From assembly GCA_907165135.1 (NCBI GenBank), contig OU015568.1:14953208-15017207 (forward strand): a DNA stretch of 64,000 nt. The letters are read 5' to 3'. The notes under the pieces were generated by a model that was not told the DNA's origin, did no database searches, and saw nothing but the letters and a program-made list of their open reading frames with translations. Positions 61,901 through 64,000 of the stretch are shown here, piece after piece. This stretch comes from Oikopleura dioica (taxonomy: Eukaryota > Animalia > Chordata). How positions within the stretch are numbered: position 1 is the first letter of the stretch; each line of letters begins with the position of its first letter. The translations under genes and the position numbers were made by a program.

Positions 61901-64000
61901 GCTCCTTTTACAAAGAGCTTCTCATCCAGACCACACGAGCGCGCCAATTTCTCCAGGGACATAGGACACGTATAATTTTTAAAATCTCGAAAACTGAGAT
62001 TATTTGCTTCGACTAACATGTACCCATTTGCGCGTTTGATGAAATTTATAAGTTTTGTATCGCCGCCAACGAAGTGATACAAAACTGACACCAATGTCGG
62101 AAAGAGCACAACAATATCGTACCTCTCTCCAACCCAAGAATAGATTTTTAGCTTGAAAAAATCTTTCAAATATTTGAGCTTTTTTCGTAGACGCGCAGTG
62201 TCGTGAATACTTGCTCCTTCTTTCTTGTTTTCGAATTCGATTTTTTCTTCGTAATGAGCAATACCGTCGACAATGCATTGTGGAATAGTGCGCGCCATGT
62301 CTTGCTGTCTGCAGATCAAGTAATTTATAAACTCGGTAACCATCACTTCGCATGCTTCGTGTTCCATACCTCGGCGGACAAAGCATTGACGTTCACCTTT
62401 ACTGGAATAAGTCGCTACCGATGTAAGACGATGAAACTTTACTCCCTCGGAATAGGGGCCATGCTGCATTAAACACTCAATATCAAAAGTGAGAAAGTAT
62501 TCTTGAACATAATCAAAAGCCGGCAAAAATCCTTCTGCCACCAGTTCGTGTACATGATCCATAATTCCAGGCCCTTCTACAGTTTGACGAATAAAATCAA
62601 TGGGTTCTGTTCGGCAAACACTCTCATGTTTTCGCATTTTTTGTTTATCAGAATGAGTAAACAAGCAGTTCTTTGTCTTGCACATCGCCAACTCTTTCAC
62701 TTGTCGATCGGGGAGAATTCTAACAAGTGTTTCATCGTCGAATACATTTGGCGTCAAGCTCAACACATTACGAATAGGCTTATACTCCGCATACAAACTT
62801 GCTTCGACACTAGAATCAGGTTCTAAAAATGGTGCATCGTCTTGTCGTTCTGCTGCCTCTTGCGCAGCATCATTTTCGTCGATCTCTGCTTCGTTCTCAT
62901 TGTAATCATTGTTGTCATCACCAGCGCAACACTCATTATCCAGAAAAGGATTTCGATTAAAACTCTTTTCGGAAGTAGCATTTTCCGTCAATTTATCAAA
63001 ATCAAGAAACGAAACATCTGAGCTTTTTTCAGTATCTTGAGAATCAGTATCCATCGGTCGTGGAGCAAAACGTTCCATATCATGAATATCTTCGTGACAC
63101 GGTTCCGTTGCGTCGTGCAAATTGTGTTCCTCGTTTCCAGCCCACCGTAAAATTTGTGCCGCTTTCTTTTCAGTCATATATTGACTACAACGAGCGATGC
63201 GTCTCTGATAATCCATATTCGCCGAGTAAACAGGATAAATGCCTGGGTAATTTTCGAATTCGCGATATGAAATGTCCGTTAACTTTTTAAATTCGAGCGC
63301 AAACTCATCTTCTTGCATTGGGCCAACGAGTAAATTTAATATGATGCAATCAGGTGCACACTCTTTGGCGTAAATGCACGTTTTTAAATTTACATTGTCG
63401 TTAATAATTTTGCCAACAAATAAACGTATATTCACTTTATAACGCTGAGAGATTTTGTGCAAAACACCATCGGCAATAGTAAATTTTGTATTGAAAGCCA
63501 TTTCGCCAAAGAGCTCCTTTTTCATCTCAATTATTTTTTCCATACAAGCATTTTCGTTGTCGCAAATTGCTGGCCATTTTACACTTATGATTGCCCGCCA
63601 AAAACTCGTCCAGTTTTTCTGACGATCTTGAAATGTTCTGCGAGTTGGTAACAAGTGATAAGTTCCTAGGCGATAGAAGTATGGCCGTGCAGATTGAATA
63701 CAAATACACGGACGTACAGTCATAGGCGATGCATTTTCAAGACGAGTAATAATTTGTTGCACGTTTTCTCGTTCATCCATGGGCAAACGATGCGGCCGAT
63801 AACTAATTCCAAGAGGACTAAAAGCTCCTCCGTACAGTGCATAAATGTCGATTCCAAGTTTACGCTCCAATTTAGGCAGGACTGCGCGAGTAGGGCACGC
63901 CCCGAATTCTGCAACCAATTCTGCAGTGTCGACAGAGCTCAGTTGCTGACGTAACGCGCGGTTCATGGTAGTTGGCACTTTTGGGTAAATCGCTTTTAGA
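58921..64000 (-). CDS. polB: Protein-primed family B DNA polymerase (Polinton/Maverick type), >1690 codons, intronless, one in-frame TAA at 61519-61521; 5' end beyond window
   Basis: ExoI FDIEC, ExoII RYD, KGAFPYEWY, ExoIII YNFND, LTGG, motif A DFNSMYP, motif B KFVLNSAVG, motif C YCDTDS, EA..T..W.GLSAKCY. Vsr-like insert SLESIRWL...IDGY...FEYRGCAFHPC. The frame is open to base 64000. Confidence 0.92.

Larger units (their letters stand above)
37118..64000. mobile_element. Large Polinton/Maverick-like (protein-primed PolB) element or endogenous virus; left boundary tentative, right end outside window
   Basis: pPolB gene at 58921-64000; no recognisable host gene after 36.9 kb; ORFan cargo; AGTAGT motif and tandem repeats at the left edge. 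Confidence 0.65.

Noticed and set aside
37118-64000. Alternative genetic code (TAA read as sense) in the element
   Set aside because: PolB (58921), the 57873 gene and several cargo genes end with TAA followed by non-coding AT-rich sequence.
58921-64000. Herpesvirus, NCLDV or cellular (RNA-primed) PolB
   Set aside because: KGxFPY, xGG before motif A, the Vsr-like insert and overall motif spacing are those of protein-primed Polinton-type enzymes.

Overview
Gene-dense, AT-rich animal DNA with very short (about 38-50 nt) GT-AG introns and chordate-type orthologues, most consistent with a larvacean tunicate such as Oikopleura (inference; no database search run). Bases 1-36.9 kb are host genes: FAF2/UBXD8, a WW-less WWOX-like SDR with a ZP-domain gene nested antisense in intron 1, a stand-alone ITIH C-terminal-domain protein, CCDC81, a C-type lectin mosaic, a GT31 glycosyltransferase, OGDH, ALKBH6, ADP/ATP translocase, GGCT, a short ARNT-like bHLH-PAS and CFAP251/WDR66. 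Three inverted-repeat elements lie among them: a ~670-bp near-perfect foldback, a small MITE, and an 866-bp TIR element with an 8-bp TSD inserted at the ARNT stop codon. From ~37.1 kb to the window end no recognisable host gene occurs. Instead there are tandem repeats, then about eight co-oriented, spliced, low-complexity ORFan genes (two encoding membrane proteins). These converge on a bidirectional polyA site with a minus-strand block containing a >5-kb intronless protein-primed family-B DNA polymerase of Polinton/Maverick type, split by one in-frame TAA. The best candidate for an undescribed system is this >27-kb pPolB-bearing, virus-like element with intron-containing cargo. Its integrase, capsid and ATPase genes and right end, if any, lie outside the window.
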